64,000 nt of DNA from Hypanus sabinus (taxonomy: Eukaryota). Where the stretch lies: assembly GCF_030144855.1 (NCBI RefSeq), contig NC_082714.1:109616001-109680000 (forward strand), read 5' to 3'. The position numbers and the translations under genes were made by a program. This document shows, piece by piece, positions 27,093 through 40,939 of the stretch (within the stretch, counting starts at the first letter, position 1; every line of letters begins with the position of its first letter). The notes under the pieces are model-generated. The model was not told the DNA's origin. It made no database searches and saw nothing but the letters and a program-made list of their open reading frames with translations.

Positions 27093-28279
27093 CTGATGAT
27101 CTGAAGGGTTATTCCATAAGATGTTTGTCAATATGGAGGGCCAAAGTGATGGAACCTTCGAGGTTGAGGGGCATCTCCCAGGTATACGGTTCATCTTTCA
27201 AGTGCTCTGAGAGATCATGGTGGTAATCAGCCAGCAGCACTTCCATATCCTGGTTGCTCTCCACCACAAGGGTCCTGAATGCAAGCATGTAGTCCAACAC
27301 CAAGCGTGAGCCTTGATGCAGACAATGTATCTGGTCCAGCTCCCGGATAGTTGAAAACCTGGGTATCCCAGCGGTGAATTCCTCATATTTATTGAAAATG
27401 GCGGTCTTATTGTCCCAGTTAGCAGCAGCCCAGTTCAGAGTTTGCCCAGTCAAGAGACAGCTGATAGTCTCTTGGCTCAGTCTGTAAAATACAGAGATGG
27501 TTGGAGCTCGAAGTGCAAGATGCATCGGTACAGGAAGTTGTGGCATCAGGTCAGGGATCTGTCAAAGTGTTTGGGCTCCAGAACCTGGGGCTCCAACGGA
27601 AGAGACTGACTGGTTCAGGGTTGCTGTATCAAGATGGAGAGTTGGTTGAGAGTGGCAAGGCAGTGGTTTCCTGTTGCTTCTGGACCATATCAACAGGCGA
27701 CTTCCTTTAGGCAAGCAAACTCTGCTGGTCAATCACTAGTTCACCCATCCTCCCCAGAAATGTAGAGGAAGTTCACCAAAAGCAGAGCAGAGGAGAAAAT
27801 TTAGCAGTAAATTATAATTTACTAATAAACTGCAAAATAACAAGCTACAAGGGGCCACAGAACAAGAGAGAAGAGGCACAAAACACAAAATGCAACAGGC
27901 AACAAGGTAACGGAGCCAGATCTAGTGAATTATTTATTTAAGCACTGCCAGTCTGTTTAGTACCTCTTTCTCGTCAATTTTACTCCACTGATTTCACCTA
28001 TCAACCTTGTGTCTTCTTTTTTGTTCAATATTGTTGTAAAGGATCCATTGAATATTTCAGCCTCCTCAATCCATTTACAATTATATGTTTAGTGAAGAAT
28101 TGTGGGGTTTTTATGTTAGTTAATTATCTTTCGTCTTTTTCTATCTTGGCTCCTTATTGCCTTTTCTCATATCCTGTTCAGGTTTTTGACATGCATCGTG
28201 ATTCTTATTTTTATTTATTTATATACCCTCTCTTTCTACCATACATCTAAAAAGCCGAAAAAAAATACACATAATCATC

Positions 28280-28980
28280 TTCGGTTTCAGATTAATGAAG
28301 ATGGTATCATTGACTTGCTTGAATCTCCTGCTTGAAGACTTATCGGACTGGGAAAGTATTTGTTTGAAGAGGAAAAAGAAAGAGAAGTTGAAACCCCCAG
28401 ACCTGAAAAGAGAATCACTACAAAAGGGTTGACAGCGGCTTTGAAGAAATTTGAAGAAGGAAATGTTAGAGGGGTAAGAGCCTAGCTTAAAGGTTCAAAG
28501 GTTCATTTTATTGTCAAAGTATGCATGTACAGTACAACTCTGTTATCCATCTTCTTCAAATAGCTACAAAATACAGAAAATTCACAGGATCATTGAAAGA
28601 AATCAACCTCAGTCCCCACATGAAAGGGAAAAAGAAACAAAACTCACAAACCTCTCCGTCGCACAAAAAAACTTAATGGTTCGCTTAGCAAGATACATTA
28701 AGGGATGTTAAAGACACTTTAGAAGAAAAGAAAAAGCAAATTTTCAATCCTTGTATGGTATGTTTTTTTAAAAGGTCTAAATGAAATCAGAACCAATCAC
28801 CTCTACCTCAGCATCATTTCTAGAACCATTTGCATTTACCAACATCTCTGGAACCAGTTGCATCATGTTCAGTTCTGTGGAAAATAATTACCATACTGAG
28901 TAAGATTTTATGTACATATGGACATATTTCAACTTATGGGCAAAATTGACATATGAAGGTTTGTAGAAGTGGAAGTTATT
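28280..28980 (+). mobile_element. Tigger/pogo transposase C-terminal relic, interrupted by a retroelement tail at ~28487-28670
   Basis: GFQINEDGIIDLLES...EKEREVETPRPEKRITTKGLTAALKKFEEG. Confidence 0.55.
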
Positions 28981-30144
28981 TGTCAAACCATTGACCTATT
29001 TCTGCTCACCTTTGTGAACAAACAAAGCAGATCCTCTCTTATCTGAGAGTTGCCTTCTTCCACTTGTTATGTCCCCATGAACTTCCAGGGGTCTCCACTG
29101 ACTAGAAACTCAGCTGGACCAGTTATGTATAATCTCTGTCTATGAAAGCGTATCAGAAGCTGGGTATCTTGTGGAGACCGATCCCTATTTGCTCCCTGCC
29201 AGCTTCCCACCCCCAAGGTCTTGCCACCATCTACAAGGTACTGTTTAGGAGTATTAGCATCCATTGACATTCCTGGAAGAGTGGAGCATCAGCAACTCCC
29301 AAGAAGGTACAAGGACAGCAATCCTCAACTGGCACCCCACCCATCATCCTAAGAGTTGATTTCCACCACTGCAGATTTACAAAATGCATTGCAGTTCCTC
29401 ACTCAAGCCACTCTACTGGCACTTTCCAAACTGACAAACGTGATTGCCAAAACGGACAAGGCAGCAGGCTCATGGGACATTGCCTCTTGCAGATCTCCCT
29501 CCATCTCCACCATGCCCTGACTTAGAGTAGATTTTCAGTCCTTCATAGTCAGTTTGGAATTTGTAGCAACATGCTGTGTGGGAGCTACCGCAATTCAAGA
29601 AGACCATTCTCTGTGCCTTCCCAAGGGCCATTGAGGATGGATCCTGTATTCAGATGCCCAAAATCATTTTCTTTTGTTGATAGCATACATGATACTTCAA
29701 ATGCAATGCACTAGTGATGAAGAGGATGAATGTTTAAGGCTGAGGAAGGCGTACCAATTAAACAGAGTACTTTGTTCTGCCAGCTGCAACTGCTTCTTCA
29801 TCTTAAAGATATCATCTGGAGATAATCATTGCCTGGAATTCTAGAGCATGAATATCAATGTGATTTAACAGCCCATGCCTGAATATTGTCTTGATTTTGC
29901 TACATGCAGACATAGATTTGCTGAGGCGTTGTATAAAGAATTGACCATTGTGAAAATATCAGCAAACACCCCATTTCTAATTTTACGATGGAAGGAAAGT
30001 TACCAATGAAGTTGAAGATAATTGGGCCCAGGAGTTTCTCTGAGGATTTCCCACACAATATCCAGACACTGGAAAGATTGGTCCCAACAATCATCACCAA
30101 CTCCCCCCCCCCCCCCATCTTTTAAACCTACTCATCTTCTTTTC

Positions 30145-30280
30145 TCCAGTCCTGCCGAAGGGTTCCAGCCTGAAACGTCGAATGGACTTGTTTCCATAGT
30201 TGCTGCCTGGCCTGCTGAGTTCCTCCAGCATTTTGTGTGTGTTGCTCGGATTTCCAACATCTGCAGATTTGCTCTCGTTC
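30145..30280 (+). mobile_element. Penelope-like pLTR fragment with a mutated hammerhead (30147-30184)
   Basis: cagtcCTGCCGAagggttccagcctGAAACGTCgaatg; core CTGATGA is altered. Confidence 0.7.
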
Positions 30281-31299
30281 GTGACAGGAGTGAGGAGAAG
30301 AGTGGTTGAATTTTGAGATTTGTTTACTCTGGAGGGCTGAGGACATTTTGATCATTCAGAACAGAATGACAGAAGTCTGGGTATTAAGGAATCATGGCTG
30401 CCATGAGTATTGTGGGCCAAAGAGCCTGTCCCAGTGTGGCTATGTCACATGATCTGAGTAAACACAATCAGAAGAAAGGAAATGTCTAATCTACAGGACA
30501 AAGAGAAAGTCTGTATCAGGCTTAGATCTTAAACATCGAATGATAAGATATCAGGGAAGGCTAGGCATTCTAATTTCCACCTTCTATTGCCTCCACACCA
30601 AGCTGGCTGATTAAGAAAACAGGTAAAGGTAAAGGTAAAATGTTAAATTGCCATAGTGGTGCAAACAGGTTCATAAGATTTTATTTATGTCGCAGGGCAA
30701 CATGCAATTTGGAATCAGTGTAAATGTTGGTTAAACATTACAATCACAAGCAAATTATAATCAATTCAATCCATCCATTTATGATATTGTTAAGTTGCAA
30801 TCATGAAAAAATGACTGTCATAAGAAAGCGGAGAAAATTGTTGGAATCTTTTGTCAAGTTGGTAAAACTGGCATCAAACTTCTTGATTCAGTAATTCCTA
30901 CATACAACTCACATAAGGGAAGTAGGGTACCCAGTAAATGGAGGGGATATTGATCATCTCGGTTTAGTGGTGACTTGGTACAATCTTTTTCCATGGAGTC
31001 CCTTGCAGCCACACTTGATGCTGTTCTCAGCAGGCGTCTGAACAGATTCATCTCACAGCTTGGGTTATTTATATCACAAGCATTGTGACCTGGTGTGCAG
31101 TTAACTCCTTTCTACAATAAGCTTAGCAGCATACCATGTCTGGCATTGTCTTTTACATAGCAAAATGTACTGCACAAAGTCCCTTGGTTCTCTTTTAGAT
31201 GCAGTAAATATTACTGCTTAGCTATTGGAGACCATAAAACAAAATTGAGATGAGTCAAAGTTTGAGTTTAAAAGTCATTAACATTTTGCTCAATGAAAA

Positions 31300-33597
31300 G
31301 ATGATGTGCAGGCTGCCCTCAAGAGAGTAAATCCAAGGAAGGCATCCAGTCTGGACTGAGTACCTGGCCGAGTACTGAAGAACAACTGGCTGGTATATTC
31401 ATGGATATCTTCAACCTCTCACTCTGGCAGTGCTCCAAGCAGGGTTCAATCGTACCAGTGCCCGAGAAGAGCGTGGTAACTTGTCTCATCGACTACAGCC
31501 CAGTGACGCTTGCATCCACAGTGTTGAAGTATTCTGAGAGACTGGTGTTGAAACATACCAGCTCCTGTCCGAATGGTGACTTGGATCCATTCCAATTCAT
31601 CTACAGATCTACAGCAGATGCTATCTCATTGGCTCTTCAGACGCTCCAAAACATCTAGCCAGCAAAGATGCATACATCAGGATATATTGATGCATATATC
31701 GATTACAGCTCAGCATTTAACACCATCATACCCTCTAAACTAATCAGTAAACTCCAAGACTTGGGCCCCAATACCCCCTTGTGCAAATGGATCCTGGATT
31801 TCCTCATGTGTGGACCCCAGTCAGTTTGGATTGGCAAAAACATCTCCACAATCTCCAACAGCACAGGAGCACCACGGGAATGTGTACTTAGACCCCTGCT
31901 TTGTTCCTGTGATTGTGTGGCTAAGAACAGCTCCAACATCATATACTGCTTGCTGATGATACCACCGTTGTGGGCTGTATCAAAGGTGGTGATGGATCAG
32001 CATACAGGAGGGAGATTGAAAATTTGGCAGAGTGGTGTAATAACAACAACCTCTCACTCAATGTCAATAAAACCAAGGAACTGATTGTAGATTTCAGGAG
32101 AGGGAAACTGGAGGACCACGAGCCAGTAATCATCAGAGGATCAGAGACGGAGAGTATCAGTAACTTTAAATTGCTAGGTGTCACTATCTCAGAGGAACTG
32201 TCCTGGACCCATCATATAAATATTATTGTGAAGGAAGTATGACAGACTCCTTCCTCAGGAGTCTGTGGAGGTTCAGTATGTCATCAAAAATCTTGGCAAA
32301 CAACTGTGTAACAATCTCAAAGCAGTATGGCAGAAGGATCTTGGAAGCGCTATTGAAGATAATGAGTGGTCAAATATTTTATCAAATGTGGGTAGGCATA
32401 TTAGGGAAGCGAGAGGGAAACTTATTCAGTATAAGATAGTACACACATGTTATTGGGCACCAACTAGACTACAAAATAGGGATTGTTGATAATAATTTAT
32501 GCTGGAAATGTAAAAATGAGGTGGACACATACTTTCACATGATTTGGGAGTGTTCCATGGTTCGTCCATTTTGTTGTAAAGTTTTTGATTTGTTGGGGAA
32601 TTGGTCAGGTCCTACACTGCCCTCGTGCCCATGGCTTTGTCTCCTGGGTGATAGGACAATGATACCTAATGTAAACAATGACAAATTTACTACTTTAAAG
32701 GTGGGTCTCATCACAGCTGCAAGAGTTATATTGCAAACCTGGAAAAAATCCAGATGTCCCACTGTGAGGGAATGGACTGAGGAAATGGTTAAGATTTCAT
32801 CATACGAACACATTTTGGGAAGAATTAACAGTGAGGGAAAAGTGCAAGACGTGTGGGATCAATTTTGGTTGTACGTTAATTTAAACTTAAATTAGAAGTT
32901 TTTTTCTGTTTCTTGGTTTTATATGTTTTCCTGTCATGGGATGGCTGTGTAAATATGCTGTACTGTATCTGCTCTATGATATGCTGTGCTACTTTGTAAA
33001 ATAAGAATAAATAATAATAAAAATTTGAATTACAAAAAAAAAACTTCTATAGATGTGTGGTGGAAAGTGTGCAGACTGGCTGCATTATGGCCTGGTATGG
33101 GAACACCAATGCCTTTGAACAGAAAATCCTGATAAAGGTAATGGATTTGGCCCAGTACACCATGGGTAAAGCCCTCCCAACCACTGAGCACATCTACATG
33201 AAACATTGCCATAGAAAAGCAGCGTCAATCTTCAAAGATTCTCTCCGACCAGGCCACGTTCTTTTCTCGCTGCTGCCATCAGGTAGAAGGTACGGTGGCT
33301 CAGGACTCGCACCACCAGGTTCAAGAGCAGTTACTACCCCTCAACCATCAGGCTCTTGAACAAAAGGGGATAGCTACACTCATTTAAGGACCCGATTATA
33401 TTGTTATTTCATGCTTGTTATTTATTGCTGTTTATTTATATCGGCATTTGCATAGCCTGTTTACAGTTAACAGTTCCTGATGTTTACAATTTACAGTTAA
33501 TGTTCTATAAATTTACTAAGCATGCCCGCAGAAAGAGAATCTCAGAATTGTATGTGGTGACATGTACGTACTCTGATAATAAATTTTACTTTGAACT
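31300..33597 (+). mobile_element. Rex1/Babar-type LINE interrupted by an L1 3' fragment
   Basis: [41 protein letters not shown]; sequence resumes cttctatagatgtgtgg after the insert. Confidence 0.88.
32302..33042 (+). mobile_element. L1-clade LINE 3' fragment with poly(A)
   Basis: WQKDLG..EW..IL..KLIQYKIVH, CWKC..DTYFHMIWEC (CCHC finger), AATAAA + A tail. Confidence 0.85.
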
Positions 33598-34159
33598 TCA
33601 AAATATGAATCACATAAAGAATAAAATAAAACATGACAAGTTGTTACCATTCTCTTTGAGCAGCCACCAAGACAAATTAAATCACAATTCATTTTCTATC
33701 CTTTGGTACAATTATAAACCTAGGCATAATGTCAGTTTTATAAAACATTTCCATGTCATATACCAATTACATCATAAAGGCCTTGCTGTCATGCTGATTA
33801 CATGGTATAACCTGTCCTGCCACACAGACTGCAACTTATCATCCGCCCAACCATAAATCCCCATTACACACTGATTATGTCTTACAAGCTAACCCACTGT
33901 CATTCCCACCACACACTGACTGCATCGTAAAGGCTGCTTCTCTGCTTTTCCTGCTACAGCTGAAGAACTTAGTCGATTTTCAAAACAAAACAAAGATTTG
34001 GTCCTGATTCAGCCTGAACTCAATGGTAAGTAATAGCCACAATGTACCTTGAACAGGTGCTAGGGACAAAAAGACAATTCTGATTATCAGTCCCAGGAGC
34101 TGGGTTGGTTTTCTTTGGAGAAGGGAAAACTTGGACGTAAATAACGATTTTACAAATAT

Positions 34160-35765
34160 AGACAGACAGACAGACATCCTTTATTGATCCCGAGGGAAAT
34201 TGGGTTTCATTACAGTCGCACCAACCAAGAATAGTGAAGAAATATAGCAATATAAAACCATAAATAATTAAATAATAATAAGTAAATTATTCTAAGTGGA
34301 AATAAGTCCAGGATCAGCCTATTGGCTCAGGGTGTCTGACACTCCAAGGGAGGAGTTGTAAAGTTTGATGGCCATAGGCAGGAATTACTTCCTATGACAC
34401 TCAGTGTTGCATCTCGGTGGAATGAGTCTCTGGCTGAATGTACTCCTGTGCCTAACCAGTACATTATGGAATGGATGGGAGACATTGTCCAAGATGGCAT
34501 GCAACTTGGACAGCATCCTCTTTTCAGTCACCACCGTCAGAGAGTCCAGTTCCACCCCCACAACATCACTGGCCTTACAAATGAGTTTGTTGATTCTGTT
34601 GGTGTCTGCTACCCTCAGCCTGCTGCCCCAGCACACAACAGCAAACATGATAGCACTGGCCACCACAGCCTCGTAGAACATCCTCACCATCGTCCGGCAG
34701 ATGTTAAAGGACCTCAGTCTCCTCGGGAAATAGAGACAGCTCTGACCCTTCTTGTAGACAGCCTCAGTGTTCTTTGACCAGTCCAGTTTATTGTCAATTC
34801 GTATCCCCAGGTATTTGTAATCCTCCACTATGTCCACACTGACCCCTTGGATGGAAACACAGGTCACCAGTGCCTCAGCCCTCCTCAGGTCCACCACCAG
34901 CTCCTTAGTCTTTTCACATTAAGCTCCAGATGATTCTGCTCACATCATGTGACAAAGTTTCCCACTGTAGCCCTGTACTCAGCCTCATCTCCCTTGCTGA
35001 TGCATCCAACTATGGCAGAGTCATCAGAAAACTTCTGAAGATGTCAAGACTCTGTGCAGTAGTTGAAGTCCGAGGTGTAGATGGTGAAGAGAAAGGGAGA
35101 CAGGACAGTCCCCTGTGGAGCCCCAGTGCTGCTGACCACTCTGTCTGACACACAGTGTTGCAAGCGCACTTACTGTGGTCTGCCAGTCAGGTAATCAATA
35201 ATCCATGAGAGTAGGGAAGCATCCACTGTCAGCTTCTCACCCAGAAGAACAGGGCGGATGGTGTTAAACACACTGGAGAAGTCAAAAAACATGACCCTCA
35301 CAGTGCTCACCGGCTTGTCCAGGTGGGCATAGACACGGTTCAGCAGGTAGACGATGGCATCCTCAACTCCTAGTTGGGGCTGGTAGGCAAACTGGAGGGG
35401 GTCTAAGTGTGGCCTAACCATAGGCCGGAGCTGCTCTAGAACAAGTCTCTCCAGGGTCTTCATGATGTGGGATGTCAATGCCACCGGTCTGTAGTCATTG
35501 GAGCCACTGGGGCGCGGCGTCTTCGGTACAGGAATGAGGCAGGATGTCTTCCACAGCACAGGAACCCTCTGGAGTCTCAGGCTCAGGTTGAAGACATGGT
35601 GAAGTACTCCACACAGCTGGGGGCCACAGGCTTTGAGCACCCTGGGGCTGACACCATCCGGGCCTGCAGCCTTGCTTGGGTGGAGACGTTTCAGCTGTCT
35701 TCTCATCTGTTCAGCCGTGAAGCCCACCGTGGTGGTTTCAGGTGTGGGAGGGGCGTAGTCATGAG
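34160..35765 (-). mobile_element. Relatively young Rex1 LINE, 5'-truncated, (GTCT)n tail
   Basis: Long RT frames: KAAGPDGVSPRVLKAC, DYRPVALTSHIMKTLERL, DPLQFAY, VRVMFFDFSSVFNTI, YKYLGIRIDNKLDW. Confidence 0.93.
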
Positions 35766-37357
35766 AACAGGAATATAAGAGAATTAACAACATTGATCTA
35801 GACAATGTGTTTGTGAAAGTTCTCATTTAAATATCAAGCACAAAAGATATTTGTGAAAAAAATAAATAAGAGTAAGAAATTGCATGATCTTCACTGAGGC
35901 AGCTCTTTGTCAGGTCTCTGCAGGATTTTATACATTACACTGAAATCATCTCTTATTTGTATAAATTTTCAGTTCAATTTGTTGGTAAAGGACAACTATC
36001 TCATCTTAGGAAATAGGGAGGCCAAAACTGTAAACAATGCTTGGTGTTGTCTCATCAAATACAACACAGTTCTATCAAGATTCTTACTCTGCATCCCACA
36101 TACAAAAAAAGGACAACATTCTACTTACTTTCATAATTATTTGCTATTTTTATACACTAATATTCTAGGTTTCATGTCTCGATATGCCAACGTGCAATTG
36201 TCTTTCATCATTTAAATAATATTCTGCTTTCTATTCTTTCTACAAAATTATGAAATCTCGCAATTCTTATAATTGTGATCCATTAGTCATCTCTTTATTC
36301 ATTCATTTAATTTGTTAATCATCATTTTATGGACCTATTATTCCCCTGAAAATATTCCATTTAACTTTTTGCCATCTGCTCAGGAGAATACATTACTTAA
36401 TTTAAGTCATCGCTGAGGCTGCAGCATTGACAACAGATTGCTGACATAAAGATGACATATTTATCTCTACTCTCTGTTTTATGCCTGTGACCAATACTTT
36501 ATCCATGATTACGTATTTTCCTAAACACACAAGTTATTACCTTCTGCAGTAACCTTTATGTGCTCACTATCAGGTGCTTTTTGTAGATCCAAGTACATTG
36601 CAAACAGTTTCTGCTCCCTTTTATCAGTGTTATTTGTTATAGCCTAGAAGAATTCTGCTTGTCATGATGTCTTTCTTAAAGCCTAGTTTACAGCTCCCAA
36701 TATTGTTGTGCTTTCTAAGAGTTGTTATCACTTCCATAAAAGTGGATTCCAGAACAGTCCTAATAAATGGTGTTAATTGCCCTGTAGCTCCTTCCTTTCT
36801 TGAATTAACAACTTTATGATTCTTCTTCAAACAGAACGTGGAGAGTTTTAGGAGATCGCAATTAATGCTTCAGCTTTCCTTGCAACCCCAGAGTGTGGGC
36901 TGTCAAGCTGGGGGAATTTTGTTGGCATTAATCACATTACATTGCCTAATAAATTTTCTCCACAGGTATTGGTGATTGGAAGTTCCTCACTTTTCTTTGC
37001 TCTGTGGTTTTCTGTAATATCTGGAAAGTAATTACCTGCTGCAGTTTGATTAATACAGTTGAAAATAGGTTTATAATGAAAAATACATTTATGTCAATGG
37101 AATGTGACTTCTGAAAACTCCAACACACTATTCTAAAGTTAGTTTAAAAGAATGTGGAAGGATAAAGCAATAACTAAGTAAGAACTGAAAAATAAGAGGG
37201 AATTTACACCTGTAATGAGCAGTAAGAGAGTAATCTTGTTCAATTTAGAGACAAAATTATTTCAATGGGGTGCTTTCATTGTCAACTCATGGATCTCATT
37301 GGTGCAGTGCAAGATTAAACCTCAGTACTGTGACAAAGCCAAATGAGGTCCAAGTTA

Positions 37358-37694
37358 CAGTAGAACTCTGATATTCAGGACCCAGACTAGCAAGTTTTCT
37401 GGTCTATTGGATGCTATCCTATTAGTACACCAACACCCTATTAATTCAGTTTTTTAAGCTATTACAAAGTATTATAATTTTTTTCAGTGAGCCTTATAGG
37501 TTAAAAGGGAGCAAGGGATACAGGGACCCAATGAGAATGAACATGAAAAATGGGGCCCCTATGAGAAGAAGTGACGCTCGTGAACTGGGAACCAGTGAGG
37601 AGAAAAGGAAAAGTTACAAATATCACCTGGTGTATCAGATGCTGAGCCATCAGTACCTTTGAATAGCCAGATGGTGGATTATCAGAGTTTACTC
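37358..37694. mobile_element. Tigger-like MITE
   Basis: TA-flanked TIRs cagtagaactctgat / atcagagtttactc. Confidence 0.55.
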
Positions 37695-37747
37695 TATCCT
37701 GCCTTGACCTGCAATTGACCACAACTGTTCAGTCTGCAGAAGCTGAT

Positions 37748-37992
37748 CCAAATCAGAACCAGGTTTAATATCACCAGTATATGTCATGAAATTTGTTAAC
37801 TTTGCCGCAGAAGATCAATACAGAGCATAATAATAGAGAAAAAAACTATATATTACAGTAAATATATATATAAATAAAAAAGTAGTGAGTTAGTGTTCAT
37901 GGGTTCAATGTCCATTCAGGAATCAGATGATTGAGGGGAAGAAGCTGTTCCTGTATCATTGAATGTGTACTTTCATGCTTAAGTACCTCCTG
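37748..37992 (-). mobile_element. Rex1/Babar-type LINE 3' UTR fragment
   Basis: aatcagaaccaggtttaatatcacc...gggaagaagctgttcctg is the reverse of the 3' end of the 4450-4696 family. Confidence 0.7.
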
Positions 37993-38099
37993 TAACTAGG
38001 CTTCACTAGAGACAAGCAAGGCTATGAAAACCCATAATTCTTTACAACTGGCTCAGTTAGACAAGTTAAGCATTTGGCTTGATTTGAAATGTTCATAAT

Positions 38100-38940
38100 A
38101 TATGCTAATGTTTGGACCCACGCTGATCAAAAAGATGAGGGGCTTTCATAAGAAGGTGGAGATTGTGGATAACTACAAGTCCTTAGATGGTTGATTGTGA
38201 TATTTCATGTTGGACATTTCACTGGAAAGAGAAAAATCTGCTGGTCTGAGGAGCACTGAAAAATACAGAGAGTTCTTTCAGAAGTTGGTAAATGAAAGTC
38301 GTCTCTTTCCTGCCAACAGATCTACAATTCTGTCAAGACTGGTGTGTGGTTTCATCTTCTAAAATTGGCATCAGTAGGTGTAAGCATCTGGTGTTTAAGC
38401 AACCTAAGGATTGTCTACTGTAATCAAATGTGCTAGTTCATCAGACACATATAAGGTAGTTATTGAATGTTGGAAGGTACAACCCAAGAGCTTTCAAGGG
38501 CATCAGGTATCTACCAATGGAATATAAAGTACAACTTAATGCCTGGGTGGACATAAAAATCTACTTGCATTGATTCTGTCATGTCTTTACAAGAGTAAAG
38601 GAATATTTATGGAAACCAGGATAGTGAAGAGATTTGTATTCTCAATAACTGCAGAGTCTGAGTCCATGGAAATAGTTTCATGGTTTCCCTCCAAATGTGA
38701 TATCTTTTATACAGATGATAATCTAGGATTTGTTACTGCTGTGCCAAAAGGACCTCATGTGCAAGTTGGTGAACAGTGAGAATACCATTTAAGAATTTCA
38801 ATCTAAGTACGCTATCAAAGATGACATTAATAATTTAACTTGCGTGTGAAATTATGTGGAGAGCCTGAGGGAATTTACAATCCATTATATTTGAGAGTGG
38901 CTTCTCTGATGAAGAAGATTTTGAAGGTTTCAAAGAAAAC
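38100..38940 (+). mobile_element. Degenerate Tigger/Jerky-like transposase
   Basis: EKSAGLRSTEKYREFFQKLVNES..QIYN..KTG (DDE-start-like) and C-terminal FESGFSDEEDFEGF. Confidence 0.55.
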
Positions 38941-39169
38941 AAAGAGAAGCCAATTAGTGAAATCCTTAAGAGTGATGATGGTGCCAGTGAACGACAGTGA
39001 AACACGAGCAACATTCTCCAAATTGTCCCCAAAACTGTTCCCTTCATTTCTTTTACATAGTCTTTCTATTAAATGGGGCTCTGGTAATGTTGGAGCCTGT
39101 TTGATGGGTGTTTTCAGGCTGGTTGTACAGTCTGGCATTTGCTGTCTCTGAGAAGGCTCCAGGAGATGA

Positions 39170-39805
39170 GCAGCCTCGAGGCCAAGAAGCTTAGAGAAGG
39201 GGTGCAAGCCCACGATCAACTCCATTTCTCGCCGATGTCGACGATTAAAGCATTGAGGAAGATTGAAAACATCAAGGCGAGTGGGAAGGTGAGCCAGTGT
39301 TCAGTACCGTCTATCAGTCTCACACGTGCTGCCGGAGGAAGGCGCCTGCATGTGTCAGTCTCTCTCTCACTGCTCCCGAGGAAGGCCCCTTGCATTCAAA
39401 TAGTCTCTCTCTCTCTCCCTTGATATGTTGGAGGATGGTACTGCAGTTCTGGGTCTGAAGGTTGTGTAATGGACTGTAGTTTCTGGTCACTCCTTTTTCT
39501 GTTGTTATTTTGGGCGACTGAAATAGGGTGACCTGCAGATAATGGGCACTGAGCTGAACGGAATATTGGCTCTTTCAGTTTTGTGTTTTTAATTCTGTGT
39601 TTTCGCATGCTCTTTCTGGTTGCCACTTTTCCATTTGCTTTTTGCGTGTGGGGGTGTTGGTGTACTTGTTGCCATTTGTGGGGGTGTTGTTGTTTTTCCT
39701 TGAATGGGTTCAATGTTTTCTTTGTTTCGTGGCTGTCTGTGGAGAAGATGAATACTAGGGTTGTATACTGCAAAAACACTTTAATAAATGTTCTTAGAAT
39801 CTTCT
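39170..39805 (+). mobile_element. Non-autonomous LINE-derived element (Rex1-like 3' UTR)
   Basis: GT-rich 3' end ttgtttcgtggctgtctgtggagaagatgaat...aataaa, similar to the Rex-type tails in this window. Confidence 0.5.
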
Positions 39806-39924
39806 GAAGCACACACATTAACTTGGAAAAGAAGAAATTGAGAAATGAGTGAATATGTCAGTCACTTTACTTTTATCTGATGATCAATCAACCAATATAT
39901 TAGTCAAATTCTGAGTGAAAAGCA

Positions 39925-40060
39925 AACAAGTGAAAGTCTGCAGATGCTGGTAATCTGAGCAACACACATGAAATGCAGAAGGAACTCAGCAGGTCAGCCA
40001 TCTGTACTGTTTTCCCATAGACGCTGAGCTGCTCCAGCATTTTGTGTGTGCTGCCCTGAG
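39925..40060. mobile_element. Internally deleted fold-back Penelope pLTR pair
   Basis: tctgcagatgctgg...aaatgcagaaggaactcagc followed by its inverse gctgagctgctccagcattttgtgtgtg. Confidence 0.6.
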
Positions 40061-40939
40061 CAAAGAGTTCCATGTACTCTGCACAGAAAGTTATGTGATT
40101 GCATATCAACAGAAACTTAATTCTAGGAAAATGCGGCTGAGTACTTAGGCAATTAGCCATCAAAACTTGCTACAAACTTCTTTGGCAGCGTGTGTGAAAC
40201 TGTCGAGTTCTGCATCAACAACAGAGACAGCGAGTTTGGTACATTCCCCTCCCGAAGCAAAAGGGCATTAGTCCTGTGCACAAACACGGGCTCACTGAGC
40301 TGTGCTATAGCAAAAAGTGAAATTTTAAATTTAAGTATGCAGCAGATTTTAAATTTCATTGAACGGTATTATAATGCCTCAGCACTCCATTACAAAAAAT
40401 GGATTGCAACTCATAGAATATTGCAGAAAACTGTGTTTTGTCTCTTTTATTCTGGAATTTCTAGTATTGTTGATTTTGTAAAAATATACTTGATCCTTAA
40501 CTAACCAGCTTTTTTTAACTCATTGGCCTCTCCTATTCCCTGTGTTTGTTGGATAGTGAAGCTTTTACTGTACATGATCATAAAGTTTAACCAGCATATA
40601 AACCAGGAGTATCCATGACTGTACCTCTTAGAGGGGATATACTCATTGCCTGCAACTGCTGATGGAATTATTCCACATTTCACTCATTTGTGTAGGGAGG
40701 TACCAGTATGGACAATATCAGATGACACAATTTTCCAGTGTTGCCTCAGAAGCCTTGATGGACAAGATGCTCTGCATGTTTTTCATAAATATGGAAGTAA
40801 CTAAGGGCGTGGATGTAATTACAGTAAAGACTGGAAACTACGTAATGAAATCTCATGTCTCAAAACATATGTCTAGCAGCTCAGCAACATGGAGAAGAGC
40901 CTGGGGCTAGTACCATCATGGTTCATTCAAGATAACAAA

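Larger units (their letters stand above)
23132..27920 (-). mobile_element. Decayed Sushi-like Ty3/Gypsy LTR retrotransposon (gag, protease, partial RT) with two LTR remnants
   Basis: LTR-like direct repeat at ~23138-23225 and ~27757-27843. Gag capsid LLTGQTLNWAAANW at 27109-27546. PESLQVGR plus decayed Zn knuckle at ~24640-24775. Protease region IVAVDGRPLGPG. RT start PCITYHGLNKVTMKNYSLPLI..TKLDLRS at ~23860-24050. Confidence 0.85.

Noticed and set aside
27109-27546. Domesticated gag gene (PEG10/RTL-like)
   Set aside because: Frameshifted and embedded in a decayed element with LTR remnants and a broken pol.
38100-38940. Functional TIGD/JRK-type gene
   Set aside because: Multiple stops and frameshifts; a transposon fossil.
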